From positions 1-55,714 of the forward strand of contig JACQTJ010000021.1 of NCBI GenBank assembly GCA_016210855.1: DNA of 55,714 nucleotides, read 5' to 3'. Position numbers and translations under genes: made by a program. The stretch comes from Acidobacteriota bacterium (lineage in GTDB: Bacteria > Acidobacteriota > Terriglobia > Acidiferrales > 2-02-FULL-67-57). The number at the start of each line of letters is the position of its first letter. The first letter of the stretch is position 1. Under the pieces are notes generated by a model. That model did not search any database and was not told the origin of the DNA. It saw only the letters and a list, made by a program, of their open reading frames with translations. This document shows positions 38,089 to 47,161 of this stretch, in pieces.

Positions 38089-39789
38089 TTAGTGTCTGAA
38101 ATGCCGGACACCCGTTAAGACCATGGCGAGGCCGAGGCGGTCGGCGGCGGCCATGACTTCCGGGTCGCGCACGGAGCCGCCCGGCTGGATGATGGCGGTG
38201 ACGCCGGCCTTGGCGGCTTCCTCGACGCCGTCGGGAAAAGGGAAGAAAGCGTCCGAAGCCAGCACTGAACCCTTGAGCCTTTCGGCGTGGCCGAGCTCAC
38301 GGGCCTTCTGGGCACCGAGCTTCACCGCGTCCACGCGGCTCATCTGCCCGGCACCGATCCCGACCGTCTGCCCGTCGCGGGCATAGACCACGGCGTTCGA
38401 CTTCACGTGTTTCGCCACCACCCAGGCAAAGAGTAGCGACTGCATTTCGGCTGCTGTCGGGACGCGCTTTGTGACCGTGCGCAACTGTTCGTAGTTCAGT
38501 TGGGCACAGTCTTTATCCTGGATGAGCAGGCCGCCGGAAATGGAGCGAACCCGCCACTCGCCGCGAAAAGCAGATCCCTCGACCCTTCGACTCCGCTCAG
38601 GGCAAGCTTCGCTCGGGATGACAGAGCCGAGTGGGGCACTGCGTGTCACCTCCAAGAGGCGAAGGTTTTTCTTCTTGGCCAGTAACTCCAGTGCTCCCGG
38701 CTGGTAGCCGGGGGCGGCGACGGCTTCGACGAAGAGCTTGCTCATCGCCTCGGCGGTTCCGGCCGTAACCGCCTGGTTGAAGCCGAGCACGGAGCCAAAC
38801 GCGGAGACCGGGTCGCAGGCGAGCGCCTTCTCGTAAGCCTCGGCCTGGGTGGCGCTGACGGCCACGCCGCAGGGGTTGGTGTGCTTGATAATGACGGCCA
38901 CGGGCTCTTGGTTCGACTGTCGCTCACCACGCCGAGCAAAAGTCGAGGCGTCGAATTCGCTGGCCAGGTCCCAGGCGGCATCGAGGTCGAGCAGGTTGTT
39001 GTAGCTCAGTTCTTTGCCTTGAAGCTGGCGGGCCCCGCCTACGCCAGAGGCTTCGGCGGGGTAAACCCCCGCGAGCCGATAGAGTGCGGCTCGTTGATGC
39101 GGGTTCTCGCCGTAGCGCAGGTCCATCACTTTGGGACCGCGGAGCGATAGCACTGCCGGAAACCCGCTCGCCCCGGCGCGCTTCAAGCCGTCGGCTTCGG
39201 CCTGGAGCTCTTCGAGCCGGGGGGCGATGGTGGAGTCGTAGCCGGCGGTCAGCGCGAAAGCCTTCCGGGCCAGCTCGAGCCGGGTCTGGAGTGAGAGCGC
39301 CCCACCGGCCTTCAGCTCTTCGATCACCCGCGGATAGTCATCCGGGGAAACCACCACGGCGACGCCCATGAAGTTCTTGGCGGCGGCGCGGATGAGCGTG
39401 GGTCCGCCGATGTCAATCTCTTCGATGAGCTCGGCGGGCGTGGCCTCCGGCCGGGCGGCAGTCTCGGCGAAGGGGTAGAGATTGACGACCACGAGGTCAA
39501 TGGGCGCGAAGCCTTGCCGCTCGAGCTCCTCCAGGTGCCTTGGGTCGTCGCGCCGGGCGAGAATGCCGGCGTGGATGGCCGGGTGCAGGGTCTTGACCCG
39601 ACCGTCGAGCATTTCCGGCAAGCCCGTGACTTGGCTGACTTCGCGCAGCGGGATCCCGTTCTCCCGGAGCCGGCGGGCCGTGCCGCCGGTGGAAAGAATC
39701 TCGATGCTCATCTCGGCGAGCGCCCGGGCCAGCTCCACCAAGCCGCGCTTGTCGGAAACACTCAGCAAGGCGCGCGTGCAACGCTTCAC
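38089..39789 (-). CDS. purH: AICAR transformylase/IMP cyclohydrolase
   Basis: [44 protein letters not shown]. Confidence 0.98.
   Translation of the reverse strand: MKRCTRALLSVSDKRGLVELARALAEMSIEILSTGGTARRLRENGIPLREVSQVTGLPEMLDGRVKTLHPAIHAGILARRDDPRHLEELERQGFAPIDLVVVNLYPFAETAARPEATPAELIEEIDIGGPTLIRAAAKNFMGVAVVVSPDDYPRVIEELKAGGALSLQTRLELARKAFALTAGYDSTIAPRLEELQAEADGLKRAGASGFPAVLSLRGPKVMDLRYGENPHQRAALYRLAGVYPAEASGVGGARQLQGKELSYNNLLDLDAAWDLASEFDASTFARRGERQSNQEPVAVIIKHTNPCGVAVSATQAEAYEKALACDPVSAFGSVLGFNQAVTAGTAEAMSKLFVEAVAAPGYQPGALELLAKKKNLRLLEVTRSAPLGSVIPSEACPERSRRVEGSAFRGEWRVRSISGGLLIQDKDCAQLNYEQLRTVTKRVPTAAEMQSLLFAWVVAKHVKSNAVVYARDGQTVGIGAGQMSRVDAVKLGAQKARELGHAERLKGSVLASDAFFPFPDGVEEAAKAGVTAIIQPGGSVRDPEVMAAADRLGLAMVLTGVRHFRH
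38567..38623. repeat. TGTCA-tagged repeat arm with nested element, in-frame inside purH
   Basis: AAGCAGATCCCTCGA-CCCTTCGACTCCGCTCAGGGCAAG-CTTCGCTCGGGATGACA. Confidence 0.88.
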
Positions 39790-39910
39790 GGGGCTTCTCC
39801 TTTCCTGCCGCTGGAGAGGAGTGGGAGATTAGTTTCTGAGGCTTGTGCCGTTCCAACTCGCGTGCCCGGCGGCTGTCACCGCAGCGAACGGCAAGCGAGT
39901 TGAAATGGCA

Positions 39911-40519
39911 CTAGGCGCCCTTGGCCTTGAGCTTCACCTGGCCGCCTTCGAGCGAGACCGTGTACTCCACCTGCTTGACGCCCAGCTGCTGCTTGAGCTG
40001 GTCCGTTTTCTCGCGGACGAATTTGTGGAACTGCTCGAAGTTGATGTCCGCCTTCTCGCCTGCCTTCTTCTTGGCTTCGATCATGGTGCGGTAGAGTTCC
40101 TGCACCTTTTCGGCCTCGCGCAAGGGGTCGCTGACGGCCACCCGGGCTCCGCCCTCCTGCAGGTGTCCGTGGATGCGGGCTTCGTGCTCGCGGGCGGCTT
40201 CGGCCAGGCGCTTCTCCTCCAGTTCGCGGCCCGTCTTGCTGTAGCCGTAGGCGATGTGGCCTTCCTCGACCCGCTTGGCCCGTTGCCGCCAGACTTCACT
40301 GAACTTGGCGTAGCGGGCTGCCAGGTTGTTGAACCGGAAGCTCTGGGCGTATTTGAGCTTTCCGCCCATCTCCGAGAACTTGTTGATCAGGGTTTTCACC
40401 CGCCACTCGGTGTCCGCGGGGGGGCGCTTGCGGCCCCCCTGGAAGTAGGTCTCGTATTCGATTTGCAGCTGGCGGATGTCTTTCTCGAGCTGGGTCAGTT
40501 CTTCGTCAATCGTGGGCAC
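39911..40519 (-). CDS. Conserved helical hypothetical protein (resembles MXAN_5187 C-terminal domain)
   Basis: LQIEYETYFQG, FRFNNL, VSLEGGQVKLKAK. Confidence 0.7.
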   Translation of the reverse strand: MPTIDEELTQLEKDIRQLQIEYETYFQGGRKRPPADTEWRVKTLINKFSEMGGKLKYAQSFRFNNLAARYAKFSEVWRQRAKRVEEGHIAYGYSKTGRELEEKRLAEAAREHEARIHGHLQEGGARVAVSDPLREAEKVQELYRTMIEAKKKAGEKADINFEQFHKFVREKTDQLKQQLGVKQVEYTVSLEGGQVKLKAKGA

Positions 40520-40658
40520 GGAGGAGCTCCCGACAAAGGTGGAGCGGCTTGCCCCTGCTACTCTAGTCGCGGGAACGGGAAGCGTCAACCCCTGCCTGCG
40601 GCTGGCCGGCGGCAAGTTGACCCCTCGGGGCAGCTATGATGCAATGCAGGGCGCGCGT

Positions 40659-42086
40659 ATGCCCACCAAGCCGCAGACTGGAAAACGAACCGTCTGGCGG
40701 GGACCCCGGCTCCGCGACCTGCCCTCGGTGGACGAGCTGCTGCGGAGCGAGCGTCTTCGCCGCCTAGCCGAAGAAGTCGGCCGGCCGCTCGTACTGGCGG
40801 CGGCCCGCCAGGTGCTTGCCGGCTTGCGCGAGCAGATCCGCCGCGGCCGGTCGGGCCCCGAGTTCGAGTCCGTCCTGGCCCACCTGCCGGAGGAAGTGAC
40901 CGGGGAGGTGCGCGAGCTGCTGGGGTTATCCCTGCAACCGGTGATCAACGCCACTGGCGTGGTTCTGCACACGAACCTCGGCCGCGCCCCGCTCGGGAGG
41001 GAAGCCGCGCGGGGCGTGTTCGAGGTCGCTACCCAGTATTCGAACCTGGAGTTCGATCTCGGCAAGGGAGCCCGGGGCCGGCGCGATGTCCACGCCGGCA
41101 AGTTCCTCGACCGGCTGCTTGGCGCCGAGGCCAGCTTGGTGGTCAACAACAACGCCGCCGCCGTCCTGCTGGCGCTCAACACGCTGGCCGAAGGCGGCGA
41201 GGTGGTGGTCTCGCGGGGGGAGCTCATTGAAATCGGCGAAAGCTTCCGCATCCCAGACATCATGGCCCGCAGCGGGGCCGTGCTGCGCGAGGTGGGCACC
41301 ACGAACCGCACCCGCATCGGCGACTACGCCCGTGCCCTCAACAAACAGACGCGCCTGCTGCTGCGCGTGCACCCGAGCAATTTCCGCCTGGAAGGCTTCA
41401 CGGCGCGGCCCGCGCTGGAGGAGCTTGTAGCCCTGGGCCGCCGGCGCCGGCTGCCTCTGGTCGAAGACCTCGGGAGCGGCCTGCTCGTGGACCTGAGCGG
41501 GCAGGGACTCGCCCAAGAGCCCTTGGCGGCGGCCAGCCTCGGCGCCGGCGTGGACCTGGTCACGTTCAGCGGCGACAAGCTGCTCGGCGGCCCGCAGGCG
41601 GGCATCATCGCCGGGAAGAAAAAGCTGGTGGAGCGCTGCCGGCGCAACCCGCTCTTCCGCGCCCTGCGCGTGGATAAGATGACTTACGCCGCGCTCGAAG
41701 CCACCTTGCGGAGCTACCTGCGCGGGGGGCTGGAGGACGTCCCGGCCTTGCGACTCATCCGGCTGACGGCGGCCGAAATCGGCGAGCGGGCGGAGGCATT
41801 GCGGGCGTCACTCGAAAAAGACCTGGCGGGGGGCGCGGCGCTGAGCGTTCGGGCGGGGCAGTCGGTCGTGGGCGGCGGCTCGACCCCGGGTTACTCGCTG
41901 CCGACGAAGCTGCTCGTAATCGCTGCGCAGGGGATGAGCCCGGCGGAGCTGGCGGCGCGCCTGCGCCGGGCCCACCCGCCCGTAGTGGTGCGTGTCGAAG
42001 CCGACCGCGTGCTCGTGGACCTGCGCACCGTCTTCGAGGACCAGCAGACGGCGCTCGCCGCAGCCCTGCGGCAGGCCCTCAGCTAG
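40659..42086 (+). CDS. selA: L-seryl-tRNA(Sec) selenium transferase
   Basis: VINATGVVLHTNLGRA, SRGELIEIG, EVGTTN, FSGDKLLGGPQAG. Confidence 0.97.
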   Translation: MPTKPQTGKRTVWRGPRLRDLPSVDELLRSERLRRLAEEVGRPLVLAAARQVLAGLREQIRRGRSGPEFESVLAHLPEEVTGEVRELLGLSLQPVINATGVVLHTNLGRAPLGREAARGVFEVATQYSNLEFDLGKGARGRRDVHAGKFLDRLLGAEASLVVNNNAAAVLLALNTLAEGGEVVVSRGELIEIGESFRIPDIMARSGAVLREVGTTNRTRIGDYARALNKQTRLLLRVHPSNFRLEGFTARPALEELVALGRRRRLPLVEDLGSGLLVDLSGQGLAQEPLAAASLGAGVDLVTFSGDKLLGGPQAGIIAGKKKLVERCRRNPLFRALRVDKMTYAALEATLRSYLRGGLEDVPALRLIRLTAAEIGERAEALRASLEKDLAGGAALSVRAGQSVVGGGSTPGYSLPTKLLVIAAQGMSPAELAARLRRAHPPVVVRVEADRVLVDLRTVFEDQQTALAAALRQALS

Positions 42087-42448
42087 CCCTGCCCCCGTGG
42101 TTTCGACCGCTGGGCGTGGTAGCGGATGGACTCCTCTAGACCGAAGCGCTCGTGCGGCGCCAGTTGAATGAATTCCACCCCAACCTGGTCTCCGTCGTGG
42201 CGCGTGACCACGGCGTCGGTTTCGAGCTGTTTGCCCCCAAGCATGAAACTGACCCGGGTCTTCGCCCCGAGCGTCAGGGGCGGGTCGGGCGACTCCAGCC
42301 CCAGTCCGCCCAGGCTGAGGTCCCTGAGGCGGGCCTTGCCTTTCATCTGACCGACCAGGAACTCGAGCTGCTGATCGAGTGTCACTCGTGAATGTTTGCG
42401 GCGTTCTTCGGCCACGATAAGCCCCGAAGGATGTGCTTTGGCATCCAT
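42083..42448 (-). CDS. PilZ domain protein
   Basis: ERRKHSR and DLSLGG motifs. Confidence 0.9.
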   Translation of the reverse strand: MDAKAHPSGLIVAEERRKHSRVTLDQQLEFLVGQMKGKARLRDLSLGGLGLESPDPPLTLGAKTRVSFMLGGKQLETDAVVTRHDGDQVGVEFIQLAPHERFGLEESIRYHAQRSKPRGQG

Positions 42449-42515
42449 AGATACCGCAGGGGCAGCGGGATGGCAAAAAGAATTTGCTACCCGGCGGGGC
42501 CTTCGGCGCGAAGCG

Positions 42516-43082
42516 CTAGCGGGCCCGCTCGAGGTAGGTGCCGTCGGCCGTGTCCACGCGGATGACTTCGCCTTCGCTGATAAAGGGCGGCACCTGGACG
42601 GTGATGCCGGTTTCGAGCTTGGCGGGCTTCATGACGTTGGTGGCCGACGCCCCCTTGATCCCGGGCTCGGTCTCGACGACTTTCAGTTCCACCGCGGGCG
42701 GCAGCTCGAGGCCAATCGGCCTGCCCTCGAAGAACTCCACCTTGAGCTGGCAGTTGGGGGTGAGGTAGCCAACCGTATCTCCCAGCACCTCGCGGCTCAG
42801 GCTGTACTGCTCGTAGGTGGAGGTGTCCATGAAGGTGAAGACGTCGTCCTCGTGGTAGAGGAACTCCACCTCCTTTTCGTCCAGGAAGGCCCGCTCGACG
42901 AACTCTTCCGAGCTGAAGCGGTGCTCGATCATCGCCCCGCTGCGCAAATCGCGGAGCTTGGTCTGGACGAAGCCGCGCTTGTTCCCCGGGGTGCGGTGGG
43001 TGAGGCTGAAGACGGAGTAGAGGCTGCCCTGGTGCTGGATCACCATTCCCGGGCGCAGGCGAGTGGCTTGAACCGTCTCCAT
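42516..43082 (-). CDS. efp: Elongation factor P
   Basis: KPAKLETG, VQVPPFI, YLER; loop reads PGNKR. Confidence 0.97.
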   Translation of the reverse strand: METVQATRLRPGMVIQHQGSLYSVFSLTHRTPGNKRGFVQTKLRDLRSGAMIEHRFSSEEFVERAFLDEKEVEFLYHEDDVFTFMDTSTYEQYSLSREVLGDTVGYLTPNCQLKVEFFEGRPIGLELPPAVELKVVETEPGIKGASATNVMKPAKLETGITVQVPPFISEGEVIRVDTADGTYLERAR

Positions 43083-43148
43083 GGGTGGCTCACGCTCGGC
43101 GAACCTGATGCCTTCACTTTCAATTATACCGGCCCTGCGCGCTAGCCG

Positions 43149-43868
43149 TCAAATTCGTCCACCGGTGCCAATGAAGTTCCGCACGGCCCGCAGGACCCGG
43201 TTGAACATCGCCCGGGTCAGCCGTCCCGTCTGGGTGTTCTGCTGGCTGGGGTGGAAGGCGTCGAATAGCTGAATCCCGCGGTTGAAATAGGGGTGGAGCA
43301 GCTCGTGCTCTGCGCCGTGGGCGAAGGGGAAGTCGGCAAGGCGCTTGACCCGCCCCTGGTCTTTGAGCAGCTTGAGGAAGGTGTCGTGCGCAATGCGCCC
43401 CAGCGCCAGCACCGCCCGCACGTTCTGGAGCAGCCGGAATTCTTCTTCTAGGTACGGCCGGCAGTTCGCCTGCTCTTCGGGGGTGGGCTTGTTCTGGGGC
43501 GGGCAGCAGCGCACGCTGGCGGTGATGTAGCAGTTCCTGAGCCTGAGTCCGTCATCGCGGCTCACGGAAGTGGGCCGGTTGGCGAAGCCCGCCGCGTAGA
43601 GGGCGCGGAAGAGGAAGTCGCCGGAGCGGTCGCCGGTAAAGACCCGCCCGGTGCGGTTGCCGCCATGGGCGGCGGGGGCCAGGCCCAGCACCAGCAGTTC
43701 CGCCTGCGGGTCGCCGAAGCCCGGCACGGGCCGGCCCCAGTAGTCCCAGTCGCGGTAGGCCCGGCGCTTCTCCCGCGCCACCTGCTCCCGGTAGCGCGTA
43801 AGGCGCGGACACTTCCGGCAAGCGATGATGAGTCGGTTGAGCGCCGCGAGCTGCCTCGTTGCATCCAT
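43149..43868 (-). CDS. Uracil-DNA glycosylase (family 5, UdgB-like)
   Basis: CRKCPRL, GLAPAAHGGNRTG, CCPPQNKP, HPSQQN. Confidence 0.9.
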   Translation of the reverse strand: MDATRQLAALNRLIIACRKCPRLTRYREQVAREKRRAYRDWDYWGRPVPGFGDPQAELLVLGLAPAAHGGNRTGRVFTGDRSGDFLFRALYAAGFANRPTSVSRDDGLRLRNCYITASVRCCPPQNKPTPEEQANCRPYLEEEFRLLQNVRAVLALGRIAHDTFLKLLKDQGRVKRLADFPFAHGAEHELLHPYFNRGIQLFDAFHPSQQNTQTGRLTRAMFNRVLRAVRNFIGTGGRI

Positions 43869-43896
43869 GAGATTCTTCGCTTCGCTCAGAATGACA
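43869..43896. repeat. TGTCA-tagged repeat, single arm abutting the UDG ATG
   Basis: GAGATTCTTCGCTTCGCTCAGAATGACA. Confidence 0.85.
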
Positions 43897-44021
43897 GCAG
43901 AGAGCTCAGCCCGGCGGTCCCTCCCCTGGGGAACATGGAGGTAGAACAATCTTCTACCACAGAGGTGCAGAGAGGACAGCAACGGCTGATTTGTTCGATG
44001 AGGACCGCCAGGAACTGCGCC

Positions 44022-45380
44022 CTACTTCTTTCCGGCTCGCGCTTCGGCCATGAAACGCTCCACCTCTTCGACGGTGCGGGGCAGCGAGGCAGTCAGGAGG
44101 ACAGCCCCGGTCTCGGTGACGAGCACGATATCTTCCAGGCGCACGCCGAGGTTCTCCTCCGGGATGTAGATGCCCGGTTCGATGGTCAGGATCATGCCGG
44201 GCTGGAGCGGGCGGCTGCCATCGCCGGCGTCGTGCACTTCCAGGCCGATGTGGTGGCCCAGTCCGTGGATGAAGTACTTGCCGAGCGGCTCGCCCTGCTT
44301 GTCCTTGCCGTGGGTGTTGATGTAGTCGTAGGCGATGCGGTAGAGCGAGTTCTCTCCGGTGCGTCCCATCGTCATCCCCGGTTTGACCGCGGCGATGGCG
44401 GCGTTCTGGGCCGCGAGCACGATCTCGTAGATTTCTTTCTGCCGGGCGGTGAACTTCCCGCTCACGGGCAGGGTGCGGGTGATGTCGGCCGAATAGCCGT
44501 TGCACTCGGCCCCCACGTCAATCACCACCACATCGCCCGCCGGCATCTGGCGGCGGTTCGAGTCGTAGTGGAGGACCGTGGAGTTGAACCCCGAGCCCAC
44601 GATCTGCCCGTAGCCGGGCCGCTCGCAGCCCGCCCGCGCGAAGCTGTACTCCATCAGGGCGGCGATTTCATACTCGTGCAGTCCCGGCCGCAGGGCCCGC
44701 ATGGCTTCCCGGTGGGCTTCCAGGGAGCGTTCGATCGCCACCCGCAGCAGCTCCTGCTCGCTCTTCGACTTCACCTGCCGCAACGCCCCCAGGCTCCCCC
44801 GCACGTCCTGAAAATCGGCCAGTGGGGTGGCTTGGCGCAGCCACGCCAGCCAACGTCCGGCGTGGCTCGCCTCGCCTTCCGGCCCGTACTCGGGCTTGGC
44901 CAACGGAAAGAGCGTGTAAAGGCGGGGGAACACTTCGAGAGCGCGCTCCAGCTCGCTGCGCAGCAGGGAGACGGGCTTGACTTCTTCGAAGCCCGTCTGG
45001 GGGCGCGCCTCCGCCTCCTCCGGGCCCGCCCGCGGGCCGTCCCAGCGCTCGCGTTGCAGGTCGCGCGGCGGCAGGAACAGGATTTCCTTGGGCAGCCCGG
45101 CCGTCTGGGCGGCTTCGGTCTGCGGAATCAGCAGCAGCGCCGCGCCCGGCTCGTCGTGCCCGGTCAGGTAGTAGAAGTTGGGTTCCTGCCAGAAGGTCGC
45201 TTCTGGAAAGACGTTCTCCTGGCCGCCATAAGCGAAGAGCACGACGGGGCCGGCCACTCGCTCGAGCAGCCGGGCACGCCGGCTGGCGTACTCGTCTCGT
45301 GCCTCCTTCTCGCGCGCCGCCATGGACAAAGCCGCCGCCAGGCCGAGCAAGGCCACCAAGGCGAGGTTTTTCCTTTTCAT
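44022..45380 (-). CDS. Xaa-Pro aminopeptidase (M24B), signal peptide
   Basis: FYYLTG, YSADITRT, HGLGHHIGLEVHD, TIEPGIY, GVRLED. Confidence 0.93.
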   Translation of the reverse strand: MKRKNLALVALLGLAAALSMAAREKEARDEYASRRARLLERVAGPVVLFAYGGQENVFPEATFWQEPNFYYLTGHDEPGAALLLIPQTEAAQTAGLPKEILFLPPRDLQRERWDGPRAGPEEAEARPQTGFEEVKPVSLLRSELERALEVFPRLYTLFPLAKPEYGPEGEASHAGRWLAWLRQATPLADFQDVRGSLGALRQVKSKSEQELLRVAIERSLEAHREAMRALRPGLHEYEIAALMEYSFARAGCERPGYGQIVGSGFNSTVLHYDSNRRQMPAGDVVVIDVGAECNGYSADITRTLPVSGKFTARQKEIYEIVLAAQNAAIAAVKPGMTMGRTGENSLYRIAYDYINTHGKDKQGEPLGKYFIHGLGHHIGLEVHDAGDGSRPLQPGMILTIEPGIYIPEENLGVRLEDIVLVTETGAVLLTASLPRTVEEVERFMAEARAGKK

Positions 45381-45394
45381 GCTTCCTCTCTTTT

Positions 45395-45480
45395 TTCCTC
45401 TGTGCTCTCTGTGCCTCCCGTGGTGAGCGTTAGTGCCGTTGTTCTAGGATCACCACAGAGGCACAGAGTACGGAGAGAAA
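45395..45480. repeat. ACCACAGAGG-type short repeats (inverted pair; further copy at 43956)
   Basis: CTCTGTGCTCTCTGTGCCTCCCGTGGT and ACCACAGAGGCACAGAG; ACCACAGAGGTGCAGAG at 43956. Confidence 0.6.
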
Positions 45481-45507
45481 GGGGAAACCCTATACCGGTT
45501 CCGGCTG

Positions 45508-47136
45508 CTACTGCAAGGCCCGTCCCGAATCCCGAAGCATGGGGAGGGGATTCGGCGGCAGGTGCAGCCAATGGAAGCGGTTCCAGAAGGGCTGGGTGAG
45601 CGAGAGGAACCCGGTGTAGAGGTAGCCGGAGACGAACAGGCAAAGGAAGGGCACGGTGGCGTAGTTTTCGTTCAGGAAGGCGTAGAGCGCGGCCCAGAGG
45701 AAGTAGCCGCCGAGCCCGAGCTCCACCCAGGGCAGCCAGTTGCGCTCCGCGGAGCGGTACACCTTCGCGTACCAGGGCTCCCGCGGGGCTTCAATGCGGT
45801 ACTTGGGGGTGCGCACGAAAGGTGACTCGATGCCCCAGAGAGCTTCCACCACGGCGCGGGCGTTGCGCAGGGCTACGCCGATCCCCACGGCCATCAGCAG
45901 GGGCAGGAAGAAGAAGGTGCGCTTCCAGTGGCGCGGGTCGCGTTGCTTCTGCGCCAGCAGGTAGAAGCTCGAGACCGAGCCGGTGGCCGCCAGGAAGAGC
46001 GGCAGGTCGATCCACAGCACCTGCCACCAGCCCCCATAGAGGCGCACGATCATGGCCGGCAGCAGCAGCACCGAGAGGGCCACCATCAGCGGGTAGCTCA
46101 GGCAGCCGGTCAAATGGTAGAAGGCTTCGAGCTTCACCTGCCCAGGGACCGGCGCCCCCGCGATGCGGGGCAGGATCTTCTTCGCCGTCTGCATCAGGCC
46201 CTTCGCCCAACGGGCCTGCTGGGCCTTGAAGGCGTTGATGTCCACGGGCAGCTCCGAGGGGCATTCAACCTCGGGCAGGTAGAGGAACTTCCAGCCGCGA
46301 AGTTGTGCCCGGTAGCTCAGGTCGGTGTCTTCGGTCAGGGTGTCGTGCTGCCAGCCGCCAGCGTCTTCGATGGCGGCGCGCCGCCACACCCCGGCCGTGC
46401 CGTTGAAGTTGAAGAACAACCCGGCGCGCCAGCGGGCCGCGTGCTCGAGGATGAAGTGGCCGTCGAGCAGGATGGCCTGCACTTCGGTGAGCAGGGAGTA
46501 GTGGCGGTTGATGTAGCTCCAGCGGGTCTGCACCATGGCCAGCTGCCGATCGGCGAAGTAGGGGAGGGTTCGGCGCAGGAAGTCCGCCGGGGGCAAGAAG
46601 TCGGCATCAAACACGGCGATGAATTCGCCCCGTGCCTGCCGCAATCCCTCGGCCAGCGCCCCGGCCTTGTAACCGGTGCGGTGGCTGCGGTGGAGGTAAT
46701 GGATGTTGAGGCCCGTAGCCGCATAGCGCTCGACGCCGTCGCGGGCTACTCGGACGGTGTCGTCGGTCGAGTCGTCGAGCACCTGGATTTCCAGGGACTC
46801 GCGGGGGTAGTCCAGGGGTGCCACCGCGTCGAGCAGGCGCTCCGTCACGTACTTCTCGTTGTAGAGCGGAAGCTGTATGGTAACCTGCGGCCACTCGTGG
46901 AGCGGCTCCGGGTGGGGCAGGGGGCGATTCCGGTAGCGCCGGTAGAGGTAGATCATCCGGTAGCGGTGCAGGCCGTAGAAGCTGAGCGTGCCCAGGATGG
47001 CGAAGTAAGGGATGAGCACCAGCAAATCAAACGCGTTCAGGTTGTAGAGCCCGCGGAAAGGGTCGTCGGCCAGGAGGAAGGGCAAGGAGCGCTCCAGGGG
47101 GCCGGCTGCGGCTTCCACTATTAAGGCAAACGTCAT
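45508..47136 (-). CDS. GT2 processive glycosyltransferase (cellulose/mannan synthase-like)
   Basis: LDDSTD, KAGAL, FDADF, TEDTD, QQARW; TMs. Confidence 0.92.
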   Translation of the reverse strand: MTFALIVEAAAGPLERSLPFLLADDPFRGLYNLNAFDLLVLIPYFAILGTLSFYGLHRYRMIYLYRRYRNRPLPHPEPLHEWPQVTIQLPLYNEKYVTERLLDAVAPLDYPRESLEIQVLDDSTDDTVRVARDGVERYAATGLNIHYLHRSHRTGYKAGALAEGLRQARGEFIAVFDADFLPPADFLRRTLPYFADRQLAMVQTRWSYINRHYSLLTEVQAILLDGHFILEHAARWRAGLFFNFNGTAGVWRRAAIEDAGGWQHDTLTEDTDLSYRAQLRGWKFLYLPEVECPSELPVDINAFKAQQARWAKGLMQTAKKILPRIAGAPVPGQVKLEAFYHLTGCLSYPLMVALSVLLLPAMIVRLYGGWWQVLWIDLPLFLAATGSVSSFYLLAQKQRDPRHWKRTFFFLPLLMAVGIGVALRNARAVVEALWGIESPFVRTPKYRIEAPREPWYAKVYRSAERNWLPWVELGLGGYFLWAALYAFLNENYATVPFLCLFVSGYLYTGFLSLTQPFWNRFHWLHLPPNPLPMLRDSGRALQ

Positions 47137-47161
47137 CTAGCGGTTGAGTCCTTCACCCCTC

